Shown here in pieces: positions 1 through 10,183 of a stretch of DNA of 43,265 nt. The stretch lies in IMG/VR virus record IMGVR_UViG_3300025288_000038, positions 1 through 43,265 of that record. The stretch is one strand, 5' to 3'. The notes under the pieces were generated by a model. That model saw only the letters and a list, made by a program, of their open reading frames with translations, did not search any database and was not told where the DNA came from. The translations under genes were made by a program, and so were the position numbers. This DNA comes from a virus (Duplodnaviria > Caudoviricetes). The number at the start of each line of letters is the position of its first letter. The stretch's first letter is position 1.

Positions 1-279
1 GTTGTACTGGTAACTAGATAGGTGGTAGCACAGGCCGGTGGTGGGGTCAAAGCAGTTACTGACGTGGGACGGAATGTAGTTGGCGTTATCGTACGTGTAT
101 GTGGTCTTGTTGGCGTACAGGGTTGGGGCCGGGGGCGTTAACCCCGCGAAAGCGGCGTCGTCCAGATGCTGCTTGGCCAAGCTGACGTACCCGGGCGGTA
201 GGGTAGAGTGGTCCCCGGCGTACTCCACTATGGCCAACTTGGGAAGGCCGCCCCCCATGAACTGTGAAAAGTCACTCAT
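1..279 (-). CDS. Tail-fibre-associated protein, 5' part (runs off the window edge)
   Basis: Not in the ORF track. ATG at 279 overlaps the upstream TAA (TAATG) and the frame stays open to base 1: MSDFSQFMGGGLPKLAIVEYAG... This N-terminus type commonly follows fibre genes. Confidence 0.7.
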   Translation of the reverse strand, partial: MSDFSQFMGGGLPKLAIVEYAGDHSTLPPGYVSLAKQHLDDAAFAGLTPPAPTLYANKTTYTYDNANYIPSHVSNCFDPTTGLCYHLSSYQYN

Positions 280-1877
280 TACGAAATTCTCCAGCCGGTG
301 GTGGCCCCGGCGAAGACGAGCCGGAATGCCGCGTTAGGTGTCGTTACGTCCATGTTCTCAGCAAGGCCCATGATTTTCTGCCCGTTTCGGTTTATGGTTA
401 GCTTGTTGGTGTCGAAAGTACTCGCGTGGTCACGGAACTGAACCCACCAACCGACTTGTGGGTTCGCGGGTAGGGTAACCGTGAACGGGGTAGTAGTCTG
501 GCAGGAGTACTGCCCGAACGGTATGGCGGTAAATCCGGCAGACATTTGGGCCCACCCAATGTGGGTGTCGCCGTCACGCAACCCGTAGTCCGAGTCGTAT
601 GTAATGGACATGTACGCCATCGCGTCCCACGAGGTACCGTTCGCTGCCGTGCCTTGGTCGGTGAAGGAGGTGTCCACCACGAACTTGGTAGCGGCCCCGC
701 CCGCGCTCATGTCTCGCTGTACTACGTTCACTATGTACGTCGACGTATCTTTAAAGGTGACGTCTAGAGAGGTGGCGGCGTTCGTGCCTCCCGGCACGAC
801 TCGAATGTTGGCCACTCCGTGGAGGTCAGTGTAAATGCCCAGCTGCTCGAACCGACACGTGACACCGGGTAGTTTAGCACCCCGCGTAGTCTTGGCCAGC
901 TTGACCTTAAAGTAGTGATGGCAGTACCCGTTGGGTCGCGTCACCATGATGTTAAGCTCGACGTCCTGGCCAGAGTTGGCAGCCGGGAAGGACCCGATGC
1001 GGTACCAGTTGCTAGTAGACGCGGGCGTCTTGGTTAGGGTTTGTGGTCCCACCAAACCCTGTTGGGCGGTAGCCAGAGAGGTAGCCGTCCATGATCCGGT
1101 TACGGCCCAGTTCCCGGACACGGAGCCGGAGCCCCTCATGATCCATGCGCCGGTGGACCGGTTGATAGAAAGTGGCGTCCCGAGTAGGGTGCCAGTGTCG
1201 CCAAACCTGGACAGGGCGAAATTGGTGCCAGTATTGTTATTCCCCTCCCCCTCGTTGGTACCACCCCACGCCCACCGGTTTACCCCGGCGGTAGTTTGAA
1301 CTAATGTCAGCTTTTGGACGCCGGAGTCTCCACGTATTTTCGGGCTGGAGTACGCAGTGAGGTCGGAGAAGCTACCGGCGGCCCTTGTGGTACCGCCGAT
1401 TGTAATCCCGTCCACAGTACCACCCGTGAAGGCTACAGCATTATGGTTCTGGGTGGACAGGGAACCGAGGTTGAGATTAGTCCGGGCTGCCGCCGGGCTG
1501 CCGATGCCGGACAGGTTGCCGGCCTTGGACATGTAGTAGTTGGCTAGCTGGAGTGGGGTGACGATGCGGAGGGCGTCGGTGCCGGCGAGTACCTCTGCAG
1601 CAGAGGCTAGTTCTGCGGTACCAGCTGTAATCTCAGTGGCTTGGTCCAGGTTGGGGGTGAGCGGGTCCCAGGTGGTACCACTAATAGTGCCGTCGGTAGT
1701 GAGGCACTTATAGAATATACCGGCATCCGAGTCGAAAAACTGGCGGCCGGGCTCGTCCGTAGCTACCACCCCATTGGGGTTGCCACTACCGAGTATGTAC
1801 AGCCGCGAGTCGATCTTGTTAAGAATTTCTTCGAACTGCGTCGTGGAGACTAGCCCCAGTATTGACTGCTTCGGCAT
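279..1877 (-). CDS. Tail fibre protein
   Basis: T4 gp34/gp12-type repeat (ATEITAGTAELASAAEVLAGTDALRIVTP), AARTNLNL hinge, Gly/Thr-rich shaft and a C-terminal FTVTLPANP...GWRI beta domain; lies after the baseplate genes. Confidence 0.85.
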   Translation of the reverse strand: MPKQSILGLVSTTQFEEILNKIDSRLYILGSGNPNGVVATDEPGRQFFDSDAGIFYKCLTTDGTISGTTWDPLTPNLDQATEITAGTAELASAAEVLAGTDALRIVTPLQLANYYMSKAGNLSGIGSPAAARTNLNLGSLSTQNHNAVAFTGGTVDGITIGGTTRAAGSFSDLTAYSSPKIRGDSGVQKLTLVQTTAGVNRWAWGGTNEGEGNNNTGTNFALSRFGDTGTLLGTPLSINRSTGAWIMRGSGSVSGNWAVTGSWTATSLATAQQGLVGPQTLTKTPASTSNWYRIGSFPAANSGQDVELNIMVTRPNGYCHHYFKVKLAKTTRGAKLPGVTCRFEQLGIYTDLHGVANIRVVPGGTNAATSLDVTFKDTSTYIVNVVQRDMSAGGAATKFVVDTSFTDQGTAANGTSWDAMAYMSITYDSDYGLRDGDTHIGWAQMSAGFTAIPFGQYSCQTTTPFTVTLPANPQVGWWVQFRDHASTFDTNKLTINRNGQKIMGLAENMDVTTPNAAFRLVFAGATTGWRIS

Positions 1878-2072
1878 TTACTGTCGTGCTCCTGGCGATG
1901 TCGTAAGAGTCTCCACCAGAAGTTCTAGACGGTGGACTCGGTCCTTGAGCTCCCACACTTTGTCTTCCAGGTCGTGGTTGCGCTGGTCTTGAGCCACAAA
2001 CGCCCCAGATTTCGGGTCAAATCTGAACCCCAGTGCTGTCATTTGTGAGGAAATAGCGTTCATCCGGCTCAT
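1878..2072 (-). CDS. Small coiled-coil protein (baseplate/fibre-associated)
   Basis: ATG at 2072 overlaps the upstream TGA (ATGA); heptad pattern LEDKVWELKDRVHRLELLV. Confidence 0.65.
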   Translation of the reverse strand: MSRMNAISSQMTALGFRFDPKSGAFVAQDQRNHDLEDKVWELKDRVHRLELLVETLTTSPGARQ

Positions 2073-5000
2073 AGCGCGCTTACCACCTGTCGGAGTCGGG
2101 TACACACTGGCGTAATGGTTTGGTCGACCGTGCTCATCAGCAGTTTTAGCTTACTGGACGTGAACCCGGTGGTATTGTCGTACTGGTAGTGCAGCTCCTT
2201 ATACCCGTCACCAAAGTCCACGGTGTCCGCCGTTACCAAGCTCATATTGGTAAAGGCTCCGCCGTCGATGGACACCTGTGGGGTGACTGTACATACCCCG
2301 GCGGGGACGTACACGTCGTACCATACGTGCACATACCGGGCCGCGCTGGTTCCCACCCGTACGGTCCTATTCAAGTAGGCACCGCTGGCCTTCCAGTTGT
2401 AGGCAATAAGCCGTGCGTCCTTGTAAACGATGGGTGCCACCAGCTTGTCGGAGCTGGGCTGCAGCACCGCCCGTAGGCGCATGGAGGTAAACATCCGACG
2501 TAGGTTGACTTCCTGCCGGTTGGTGAACGGCACCCAGCTAACCCCGTCTAGGGAGTACTCGTAGCGCACCCGGCAGGAGTTGTTGGGCACGGCTCCGGTA
2601 ACCGCAAACTCGAACCGTGACCGGTTTTGCGATGTGGTGGTAACACCGTAGTCTACGGTGGCTTCGCCTGTGAACGAGGCGCAGTACAGGTTGAACTTCG
2701 CGTCAGCGTTCTGCTCAGGGGACCACGTGGAAGCATTGGCGGAGGTCAACATAACTCCCGCGCTGGGGTTGGCATTTACAAACCCAAGCGCAGGGTCCCT
2801 ATCCCCTACCCGGGCTATTGCGACCGAGTACATGGGGGACTCACACTTCACCACGAAGCAGTATTCTCGGTTGCGCTCTAAATACGCTGGAGCCAACAGG
2901 GTAAATGTAGTAGGTGCTATAGCAGTGGAGACGGCAGACACGGAGGACGGGTATAGGCGGGCAGAGTGGCCGATGACAGTATTTCCGGGTACGCCGTTGA
3001 CTACATCTCGAATTTCAACCTCCACGAAGTTCTCTGGAATGTTCCCACCAATGGGCTTCTGGGTGAAGAACAAGTCGAGCTTGGTTAGGAAGCACGAAAA
3101 CGGGGAGATAAACGTCTGCGCCAGCGGGTCGACCCTGTTCACGAAGAACTTTCGCGTTAACGTGGTGTGGGTGTTGGTGACCGTAGTGACAGCGGTAGTA
3201 GTAACGGTTCGCACGGTCCGGTGTAGCCATCCATCGGATGCCATAATGGCACTGGCCCTGGATCCAGCGGACTGCGCGCTGGCCCCAACGGCGTCGACCA
3301 TGTTGGTGCCGGAGGGTTGCTCGGCGGGTATTACAAATGAGCACTGCAGATCTCCGTCCGCGTCAGCCTTGACGGTCCAATATTCTGTGCCGGGCACAGA
3401 GGGGCCAGATGCGGTAGGCTCCACCTTAATACCGTTAAAGTAGATGGAAACGTTGTCCTCGCCAGCCGTGAACCCGATGCCTGATACGGTGACCGGAATT
3501 TGCCGGGCGTATGGTAACGGGAGGTACTCTATCCCAGTTGAGCTGCTATGTATGTACTCAATGTCGGTGGTAGTAACGTCCGACACGGTCTTCCAAGCCA
3601 AGTTGGTATTGCTGGTAGTCTGGACGAGATTACGCACAAGGTTCCGCGTGATGGTGTACGGCTGCCCATCTACCGCCACGGTAATGTTGTTGTACTCCAC
3701 CCAGTGATCGACTTCGGGGGTGAGGACAATTTTTGCTCTGAGGTTCACCAGCGGGTACGCGCTGATCTGCCTGCTGTCTGTGTAAAACGGTTGCACCAGT
3801 AGCTTTTGGTTGGTATACGGGGGTATGAAGAAAGTGCCCTTGTCCACAGCGGTGGTGGACCAAGAGGATTCCGGGCTGTGCAGCTCGGATTCCTGGGGTA
3901 GGTAGGCCCGCTTGTGTAAGAAGTCGTAGGTAATGTCGAAGTCCGGGTGGGTGAGGTCGCCCAAGGACGGGTTCCCAAACGACTCCGCCCAGATGGCCTT
4001 CTTGTCGGTAGGCAGGTTCTTGTTAATAGTATTCTGGTACAGCTGGAACACAGATAGGTTGTACTGGGTGTCCTTCACAGTCTGCAGCATGGTCCGCAGA
4101 TCTAACATAGTCATGCGCTGGTTGTCGTCCGCGATAATTACCAGCTCGGTCAGGTCGCCTTCCGGCGGGTTGTAGATGGTGCACAGACGTAACTTGGCCC
4201 AGTCGTACGGCACGGCGGATGGCTGTGAGGAAGGTACCCCCAGCGCCACAGCGAGACGCCCGGAGTCATCCAAGTACAGGCTGTCCACACGGGGTAGGGC
4301 GTACAAGTACGACACGTAGAGGTACGACCCGTTTACGATGTCCAGTGCGGGGGTGGGCGCAGTAACCGCGATCTGGGAGCGGTAGTTTATAGTGTTACCA
4401 GCCGGGGTTTTCGCAGGCGTGAGCTGGTACTGTACCGCAGCACTGGCGTTGACGTAGCTGTCTCGGGCGATGTAGTGGCCAGGAATATCCACGCGCCAGT
4501 AGGACAGCCCCTGCACTGTGTAGGTGGACCCGCTGGTAGGCCCGGCGGCAATCCAAACGAGCTTGCCGTTAAAGGCGTCCAGTGTGAAGTCAACTCCATT
4601 GACGTAGGTAGTGGTCCCTTGCACCACAGAGGCCACATAGTTAATCTCCGAGTATGTGACGACAGGGGCCCCGACTACGAGCGGGGAAATGTAGTCGAAC
4701 GTACCGCTACCAGACAAGGACCCACGAACGACGTCCGTAGACGCAACGGTATCCAGGGTACGTACGCTCTTGGTTAGGGCCTTGGTATATCGTACCACTA
4801 CCTGATACGTAGCACCTGCGGCAGGCTCGGCACCAGCCGGTGCCCAACTCACAGAGTTACCGGACCGCACGTAGTCGGTGTTAGCCGTATACCCAGAAAT
4901 CGACACTATCTCCTGTACCGGGCGGTACTCCGCCGGGACGTCATCAAGCCCGTTGGCGGCGATACCGCGGGTGAGGGTGATCGCCGGGGACATGATAGTA

Positions 5001-5986
5001 GCCAGTACCTCGCTCATGGTGCGGACTGGGGAGTCACTGAGGGAGTACACCTCGGTAGCGTCAGCGAACAGCACGGCCTCACCGGATACATCAAGGGTAG
5101 TGACGGGCTTCTCCAAGTTCAGGTACGTTACCTCGTTACGGGAGCCCCACCCGTTCACGTAGGCGGTACCGCCCTTGATTAGCATACGGTTGTACTGCGC
5201 GCTCCTGGGGTCGGACTGGGAGTATTCCCCCACTGTCACCGTATATGGGTCCACTGTATAGGACCCAGACTCGTCTTGAGTACGTGCGCTCAACACCTTG
5301 AGCACGGAATCTTGCACCGCGCGTAGTTGGGTGTAGTGCTGGTTAATCTGGCCGTCCACCAGTTCGAGGACGGTGACGGAATTGTCGTTGTTCAGAGCGT
5401 AGGAGTAGGAGTAGCTAAGCCGGTCCGCTCCGGGCTTGTTGTAGTTCTCGTAGCCTACGGCGGGGTCGCTAAGGGTGGCGTCCTGGGCAATTGTAACTAC
5501 GGCATAGTCCACTAGTACCCCGACCCTCTCGATGCCAGATGCGGTGATTTCAAGGTTACCAGACGCCGGGACCACATGGATGTGCCCCTGGGCATACATC
5601 TTACCGATGGACATACTGACGTAGCCGTAGCTCCGGGCCCACTTACTAGTATCGGTGAGGGCTGTTCCGGCCGCCGCGGCAGCCATGCACACGTAACCGG
5701 CATCTGCTCCGTCATTAACGTGGTCCCCAACCACGTATGCCGAAACAAGACTATGTAGTGGGAAGGAGTCCGCTAAGACTAGGGACGGCATCATGCCGGA
5801 AACCGCCGCCCCCTCCTTGTAGATGGAGGTGGCCAGCTGCTCATGCTCGAACCCGAGGATGGACTGCATCTCGTTAAGCTCAGCGGTCTGCAGTGGGACG
5901 CCCGGGTTGAACAGAATACGCTTATACGGCGCGCTATTCGGGTCGAACCGGTCGTAGTACCCGGGCGGGGTGCGGGAAGAGGGCAT
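2069..5986 (-). CDS. Large baseplate/fibre-attachment protein, DUF4815-like
   Basis: N-terminal YYDRFD...ILFNPG..LQTAELNEMQS, PGADRL, RTQDESGSY and DPLAQTF motifs typical of this virion family; GGAG RBS. Confidence 0.85.
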   Translation of the reverse strand: MPSSRTPPGYYDRFDPNSAPYKRILFNPGVPLQTAELNEMQSILGFEHEQLATSIYKEGAAVSGMMPSLVLADSFPLHSLVSAYVVGDHVNDGADAGYVCMAAAAAGTALTDTSKWARSYGYVSMSIGKMYAQGHIHVVPASGNLEITASGIERVGVLVDYAVVTIAQDATLSDPAVGYENYNKPGADRLSYSYSYALNNDNSVTVLELVDGQINQHYTQLRAVQDSVLKVLSARTQDESGSYTVDPYTVTVGEYSQSDPRSAQYNRMLIKGGTAYVNGWGSRNEVTYLNLEKPVTTLDVSGEAVLFADATEVYSLSDSPVRTMSEVLATIMSPAITLTRGIAANGLDDVPAEYRPVQEIVSISGYTANTDYVRSGNSVSWAPAGAEPAAGATYQVVVRYTKALTKSVRTLDTVASTDVVRGSLSGSGTFDYISPLVVGAPVVTYSEINYVASVVQGTTTYVNGVDFTLDAFNGKLVWIAAGPTSGSTYTVQGLSYWRVDIPGHYIARDSYVNASAAVQYQLTPAKTPAGNTINYRSQIAVTAPTPALDIVNGSYLYVSYLYALPRVDSLYLDDSGRLAVALGVPSSQPSAVPYDWAKLRLCTIYNPPEGDLTELVIIADDNQRMTMLDLRTMLQTVKDTQYNLSVFQLYQNTINKNLPTDKKAIWAESFGNPSLGDLTHPDFDITYDFLHKRAYLPQESELHSPESSWSTTAVDKGTFFIPPYTNQKLLVQPFYTDSRQISAYPLVNLRAKIVLTPEVDHWVEYNNITVAVDGQPYTITRNLVRNLVQTTSNTNLAWKTVSDVTTTDIEYIHSSSTGIEYLPLPYARQIPVTVSGIGFTAGEDNVSIYFNGIKVEPTASGPSVPGTEYWTVKADADGDLQCSFVIPAEQPSGTNMVDAVGASAQSAGSRASAIMASDGWLHRTVRTVTTTAVTTVTNTHTTLTRKFFVNRVDPLAQTFISPFSCFLTKLDLFFTQKPIGGNIPENFVEVEIRDVVNGVPGNTVIGHSARLYPSSVSAVSTAIAPTTFTLLAPAYLERNREYCFVVKCESPMYSVAIARVGDRDPALGFVNANPSAGVMLTSANASTWSPEQNADAKFNLYCASFTGEATVDYGVTTTSQNRSRFEFAVTGAVPNNSCRVRYEYSLDGVSWVPFTNRQEVNLRRMFTSMRLRAVLQPSSDKLVAPIVYKDARLIAYNWKASGAYLNRTVRVGTSAARYVHVWYDVYVPAGVCTVTPQVSIDGGAFTNMSLVTADTVDFGDGYKELHYQYDNTTGFTSSKLKLLMSTVDQTITPVCTRLRQVVSAL

Positions 5987-5997
5987 AGGGTACTCCG

Positions 5998-6516
5998 TTA
6001 GAACTCGAAGATGTTGATAGCGCGATACATGGAGTTGGCCGTACGCGGATACGCCTGCCGGTTTTCAATGGACTCCACGTAGCCTACGGACTGGATTTGC
6101 GCGGCTGATAGCGCATTTAGCCCCTCGTTACCAGCGGTGGGGACTAGTCCAGAGAAGAATCCCAGCTGGCGGAACGTTGTGGTGGGGATTTCATCGCCCA
6201 GCACCTCCCCAGTAACCATGACCCAGTGGCACCCGGCCGCTACGGCAGTGGCCTCGTCAGTGTAGGCCGTCCACTTTTCCTCGCCGGATGGCCCGATCAA
6301 GGTAATTTCACCAGTGGGACTGGGACTTACCCACTGTAGGGTGCAGCGCTTGGCCCCAATAACGTCATCAAGGGTTACGTCCGTAATTGACGGGGCAGGG
6401 GGGTTCAGCTCGTCCGTCCACGCGGCGGTGCGGCCTAATAGCAGCCACATGTTAGTGGCCTCGGACGTCTTGAACCGGATGGCGTTCCGGACACGGTAGA
6501 TGTTGGTCTTGATCAT
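5998..6516 (-). CDS. Baseplate wedge protein, T4 gp8-like
   Basis: LGRTAAW.DE..PP, FRQLG and IENR...R......IFEF motifs; position before the DUF4815-like gene. Confidence 0.7.
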   Translation of the reverse strand: MIKTNIYRVRNAIRFKTSEATNMWLLLGRTAAWTDELNPPAPSITDVTLDDVIGAKRCTLQWVSPSPTGEITLIGPSGEEKWTAYTDEATAVAAGCHWVMVTGEVLGDEIPTTTFRQLGFFSGLVPTAGNEGLNALSAAQIQSVGYVESIENRQAYPRTANSMYRAINIFEF

Positions 6517-6959
6517 ATCGGTAGCTCCGTTATTTGGGTGCCGTACATGTACGGCATGAATTCAGTGCGCGTGGTTCCGTAAGGAGCCACTTGCCACTTA
6601 GCCCCCTCAAGTTGCGCGTAAGTTGCACCTTTGGCTGCCCCGTAGTAAACGTCTTCCATGGGTAACGAGTTCAGGAGATGGGACAGTAGGGGCTCCGTGT
6701 CCATTACCACCGAGTACTGCCCGGTACTGGGGTCCCATGCGTAAAGTATTAGGGCGGAAGCTCTGACTTCGGTCAAGTCTAGCCCGGAGAACGGGCCGTT
6801 GGCTTCCTTCACGGGGTCTACCGAGTTTACGAACCTATGGTATATCCCTAGCGGGGCCCCAGCCAGGCTTTCGTATTGACTAGTCTGGATCGTTCCGAAC
6901 TGGGAGCTTACAAGGGCCGACATGGATTGGTTAAAGTGGGAGCTTACAAGGGCCGACAT
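6513..6959 (-). CDS. Hypothetical baseplate-region protein
   Basis: ORF fills the gap and its stop overlaps the next start. Start uncertain (ATG at 6983, 6959 or 6923) because of a 36-bp duplication. Confidence 0.6.
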   Translation of the reverse strand: MSALVSSHFNQSMSALVSSQFGTIQTSQYESLAGAPLGIYHRFVNSVDPVKEANGPFSGLDLTEVRASALILYAWDPSTGQYSVVMDTEPLLSHLLNSLPMEDVYYGAAKGATYAQLEGAKWQVAPYGTTRTEFMPYMYGTQITELPI

Positions 6960-6976
6960 GGATTGGTTAAAGTGGG
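6901..6976. repeat. Perfect 36-bp tandem duplication
   Basis: tgggagcttacaagggccgacatggattggttaaag at 6901-6936 and 6937-6972, followed by tggg. Confidence 0.95.
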
Positions 6977-7776
6977 TAGCCATCGTATTGAGTAAAGTCA
7001 CCGAACCCACTGTTAATTGAAGCCTCGCTGGCCGTCACGTAGCCAGGAAGTACCTTGGAAAAGTCTAGACTTACCTCGTATAGGTAGACGGGAACACTAG
7101 CGCGAAGTAGGTCCCAGTACTCCGTAACCTCTTCGCTGGCCGTAAGTGCGCCTACCGTGTACAATAACTGGTAGTACTCCTCCGTGTTGAGGAACCGCTG
7201 GGAACCAGCCGGGTGTACCAGTTCCAGCAGGGCTAAGAACGCCACGGCCGACGGTACGTTCTGGAACCCCTGTACAGTTAGGATGTACGTGTAGTACGAC
7301 CACAACACACCGTCCCGGAGCCTACCAATACGGCTCTGCGCATGGGGTAGTGGGCCGTTCTGGGACACTGCACCGGACAGTAATGTGGCTCCGGTAGACG
7401 GCTTCTCAATGAGCAGGGCCGGCTGGAACAGCCCTATAGCAGTGTTGGTAATGGCTGCCACAAACTGCAGGGCGGGTAGGGTCCCCTTACTGCTGTACCA
7501 CGGTTTGGACTCCTTAATTAGCTCCCTGACGTTACCGAATTTCCCGTCGGGTAGCTTTACCCCGTATTCTTGGAGTAGGTAGACCAGGAACGCGTCCGGG
7601 GTCCTGTCCACATCCCGCAGTAGGTGGAAGTCCTCCACTAACCCATATTCGACCTCTAGTAAGTACGCCACTAAACGCACGAGTATCCAGTAGTCGCTGT
7701 CTTCGACTAGATGCTCCCCCAGCGCCCCGGACAGCAGCGCGTGGAACTTGGTCTCCCGTTCGGTAGAGAAACCCAT
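6967..7776 (-). CDS. Baseplate protein, P2 gpI-like
   Basis: DVDRTPDAFL.YL...YG, Y.SKGT..AL and L.HPAG motifs; follows the gp6/J-like gene. Confidence 0.75.
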   Translation of the reverse strand: MGFSTERETKFHALLSGALGEHLVEDSDYWILVRLVAYLLEVEYGLVEDFHLLRDVDRTPDAFLVYLLQEYGVKLPDGKFGNVRELIKESKPWYSSKGTLPALQFVAAITNTAIGLFQPALLIEKPSTGATLLSGAVSQNGPLPHAQSRIGRLRDGVLWSYYTYILTVQGFQNVPSAVAFLALLELVHPAGSQRFLNTEEYYQLLYTVGALTASEEVTEYWDLLRASVPVYLYEVSLDFSKVLPGYVTASEASINSGFGDFTQYDGYPL

Positions 7777-9368
7777 TAGTGGGTCACTCCGGCCCGGTAC
7801 GCCAATACAGACAGCGGCCCGCGGCGCACCTTCTGGTCACGGTAGGTATACACGTCCGGCTTTGTGGACAACATCTGCAGTGTTACGGTCCCATTCGACA
7901 CTGCAGGGAGGTCTACCTCAAGGTACCCGTTACGGACGGAGTGCCCGCCGTTTTGATAAGCCCACAGAGTAACTCCTGCTCGGGTTAGCACCAAGGAGTT
8001 TTCGCTGTAGTTGTTAATCAGGCGAACCCTGGCCTTGCCGGCGGACACCAGCCCATCCACGGACACGGTAGCGGACAGGTTAACGTAGTCCACCCCCTGC
8101 ACCACTGTAGCTGCCGCAATCAAGTCAGACGCCTGAAGCATTTGACCGATGCGCAGTCCGTTCATGAACGCAATAACGGCGGACTCCACGGCGGACCGAG
8201 TTGCTGCTACGTCGTATGGGTACGTGACATAGACGGAAACCGAGAGCGACACTGACACCCATACAGGCGGTACCACGTTCACTATCATGGGTATGGTAGC
8301 CTTAGTGGATAGCTCGGCTTTTACTTGGTTGATGAGAGACTGGGGTACCTCGTTGGGGTTTACCCCGGAAACGCAAACGAATACCTCCCCGTAACGCCCA
8401 ACTTCTTCCCCACCCCAGGAAGTAGCTTCGGACACACCCGGCAAGGCCCTCACAATAAATTCATAGTCGTCAGCGGTGACTCCGCGACCCTGCGTGGTAT
8501 ACACCGCGGGGGCGTTCTGCTTGATACTATCGATGGTTTCGGCGTCAGCTCCTCCGGACGCTGCTGAAACAGCAAATGCGGACAGTATGGCTACGATGTT
8601 CTGCATGGTGGAGTTGTATACAGGGGACAGGATAGTGGCTGGGGAACCCGCATACATGGTGTTACCTTGGAACCCGTTACAGGTGACCCCATCCACCCGG
8701 ATGGCAGCCCCGGTTCGTGGTATCAAGGTGGTGGCCCCGCTCCCGAACGCTACCACCTTTCCGTTACCGTCGTCGTAAACTCGGTAGGACGACCTGGACA
8801 CCGGGCGAACAAACGACGAGGTTTTCTGCCACTCAACCTCGTCCACATATACCTTGATGTCGGCCAAGTTAAGCGGTACGGTAATCTTATGCCACTGGGT
8901 ACCAGAAGATACCTGGGATACCGAGAACAGGCTACCCTGCTTACAAGCCAGCGTAGTCTCAGTGGTACCAACGGGGATAACCGCCGGTGCTGTAGTGTGG
9001 AACGAACGGTCCTCGATGGATAGTATGGTTCCTTGCGGTATGTGAATGTCCTCGAAGTACGAGGACACAATAGACACGGATACCGAAGTAGTGGCAGCGG
9101 ACACCGATATGGGGGTGTACCCGAGCGGCTTAGCATGTGCTATCGCGGAGTCGCGCCTCTCACAGGTAGCCAAAAACGCTTCCGCGGCTTCTCGGTCAAG
9201 GTAAAAACTACTCCTGTCAGAGACGGCCACAAACGTCTGTAGGAGGGCGTAGCCGAGGTCGCTCTCTAGGAAGTCGTTCCACTTATCGGTAAGGTCCGGT
9301 ACTTTGGCGCGCAAGTCGGCCAGAATGGCGTCGGGGTCCCGGTTACTGTAGTTGAGCTTTAGTGTCAT
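7776..9368 (-). CDS. Baseplate wedge protein, T4 gp6 / P2 gpJ-like
   Basis: W.DFLESDLG, GYTP...SAA, GGADAETIDSIK.NAP and RGVTADDY motifs. Confidence 0.9.
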   Translation of the reverse strand: MTLKLNYSNRDPDAILADLRAKVPDLTDKWNDFLESDLGYALLQTFVAVSDRSSFYLDREAAEAFLATCERRDSAIAHAKPLGYTPISVSAATTSVSVSIVSSYFEDIHIPQGTILSIEDRSFHTTAPAVIPVGTTETTLACKQGSLFSVSQVSSGTQWHKITVPLNLADIKVYVDEVEWQKTSSFVRPVSRSSYRVYDDGNGKVVAFGSGATTLIPRTGAAIRVDGVTCNGFQGNTMYAGSPATILSPVYNSTMQNIVAILSAFAVSAASGGADAETIDSIKQNAPAVYTTQGRGVTADDYEFIVRALPGVSEATSWGGEEVGRYGEVFVCVSGVNPNEVPQSLINQVKAELSTKATIPMIVNVVPPVWVSVSLSVSVYVTYPYDVAATRSAVESAVIAFMNGLRIGQMLQASDLIAAATVVQGVDYVNLSATVSVDGLVSAGKARVRLINNYSENSLVLTRAGVTLWAYQNGGHSVRNGYLEVDLPAVSNGTVTLQMLSTKPDVYTYRDQKVRRGPLSVLAYRAGVTH

Positions 9369-9880
9369 TTAATTACTCGCTGTCCGGAAACCGTAAAGCT
9401 ACCCGGTGGGATAAAGGATCCGCCGGGGTTATGCAATTGCATGGGGATAGCGTACCTCGACAGGCGGTCCACCCCCTTGATGGCGTACACCACTGTTAGC
9501 GTTACCGTGTTCTGGTCCACATCCGCATCACCAATAAAAACGTCAGACACCACGATACGCGGCTCCCACTTGATTAGAGCGTCACGGGTATAGAAAACGA
9601 GTTCGGAGCGCAGGGTCTCCCCGTACGGCTCAAACGTCAAATAGGGCAGCATGGACCCGAAGTCGGGCCTGTCAATACGCGAGCCGATTGCGGTGGACAT
9701 GATTACAAAAATGGATGCCTGTATCTTGGCCTCACCGGTGTCTACTACCCATTCCTTACCCAGACATGCGGCCGGGAGCGCAAGCCCTGACCCATACTTG
9801 CTGGCCAGTGCCTCTGGTATGTACGTAGCTAGTTGGCGTTGGAATACAGACGGTGGACGGACGATTAGGGTGGAGGTCAC
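9365..9880 (-). CDS. Baseplate wedge/sheath initiator, T4 gp25 / GPW family
   Basis: T..GSR..RPDFGS...L.FEP and WEPRI motifs. Confidence 0.9.
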   Translation of the reverse strand: MTSTLIVRPPSVFQRQLATYIPEALASKYGSGLALPAACLGKEWVVDTGEAKIQASIFVIMSTAIGSRIDRPDFGSMLPYLTFEPYGETLRSELVFYTRDALIKWEPRIVVSDVFIGDADVDQNTVTLTVVYAIKGVDRLSRYAIPMQLHNPGGSFIPPGSFTVSGQRVIK

Positions 9881-10182
9881 GTAGATACCTTATACACTGA
9901 GGCCATAAGCGCGTCAGCACTCACTGGTATTTTAAGCACATCTCCGGCCCGGAACCCGAACAATGGGTCATGTAACTGGTTGTACAGGGCGATGATCCAC
10001 CAGTATTCCGGTGTCCCGAAGTACGAGTAGCTGATAAGGTCCAGCCGGCTGACCTCCCCGGGTTGTACTTGGTGGTATACCTCCTGGCCCTTGTAGTCCA
10101 CTTCCACGAGCGAGAGGCCGTCGATTACGGTCTCGCCGCCAATGACCCGTTTTACGCCTAGCTGCTTGTACCTGGTGCTCAT
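9877..10182 (-). CDS. Baseplate wedge protein, gp53/LysM-like
   Basis: RLDLISYSYFGTPEYWWIIALYN...G.VLKIP motif. Confidence 0.88.
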   Translation of the reverse strand: MSTRYKQLGVKRVIGGETVIDGLSLVEVDYKGQEVYHQVQPGEVSRLDLISYSYFGTPEYWWIIALYNQLHDPLFGFRAGDVLKIPVSADALMASVYKVST

Positions 10183-10183
10183 G

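Noticed and set aside
6901-6976. 36-bp repeat as a CRISPR array
   Set aside because: The two copies are adjacent with no spacer and lie in coding sequence; no cas genes are present.
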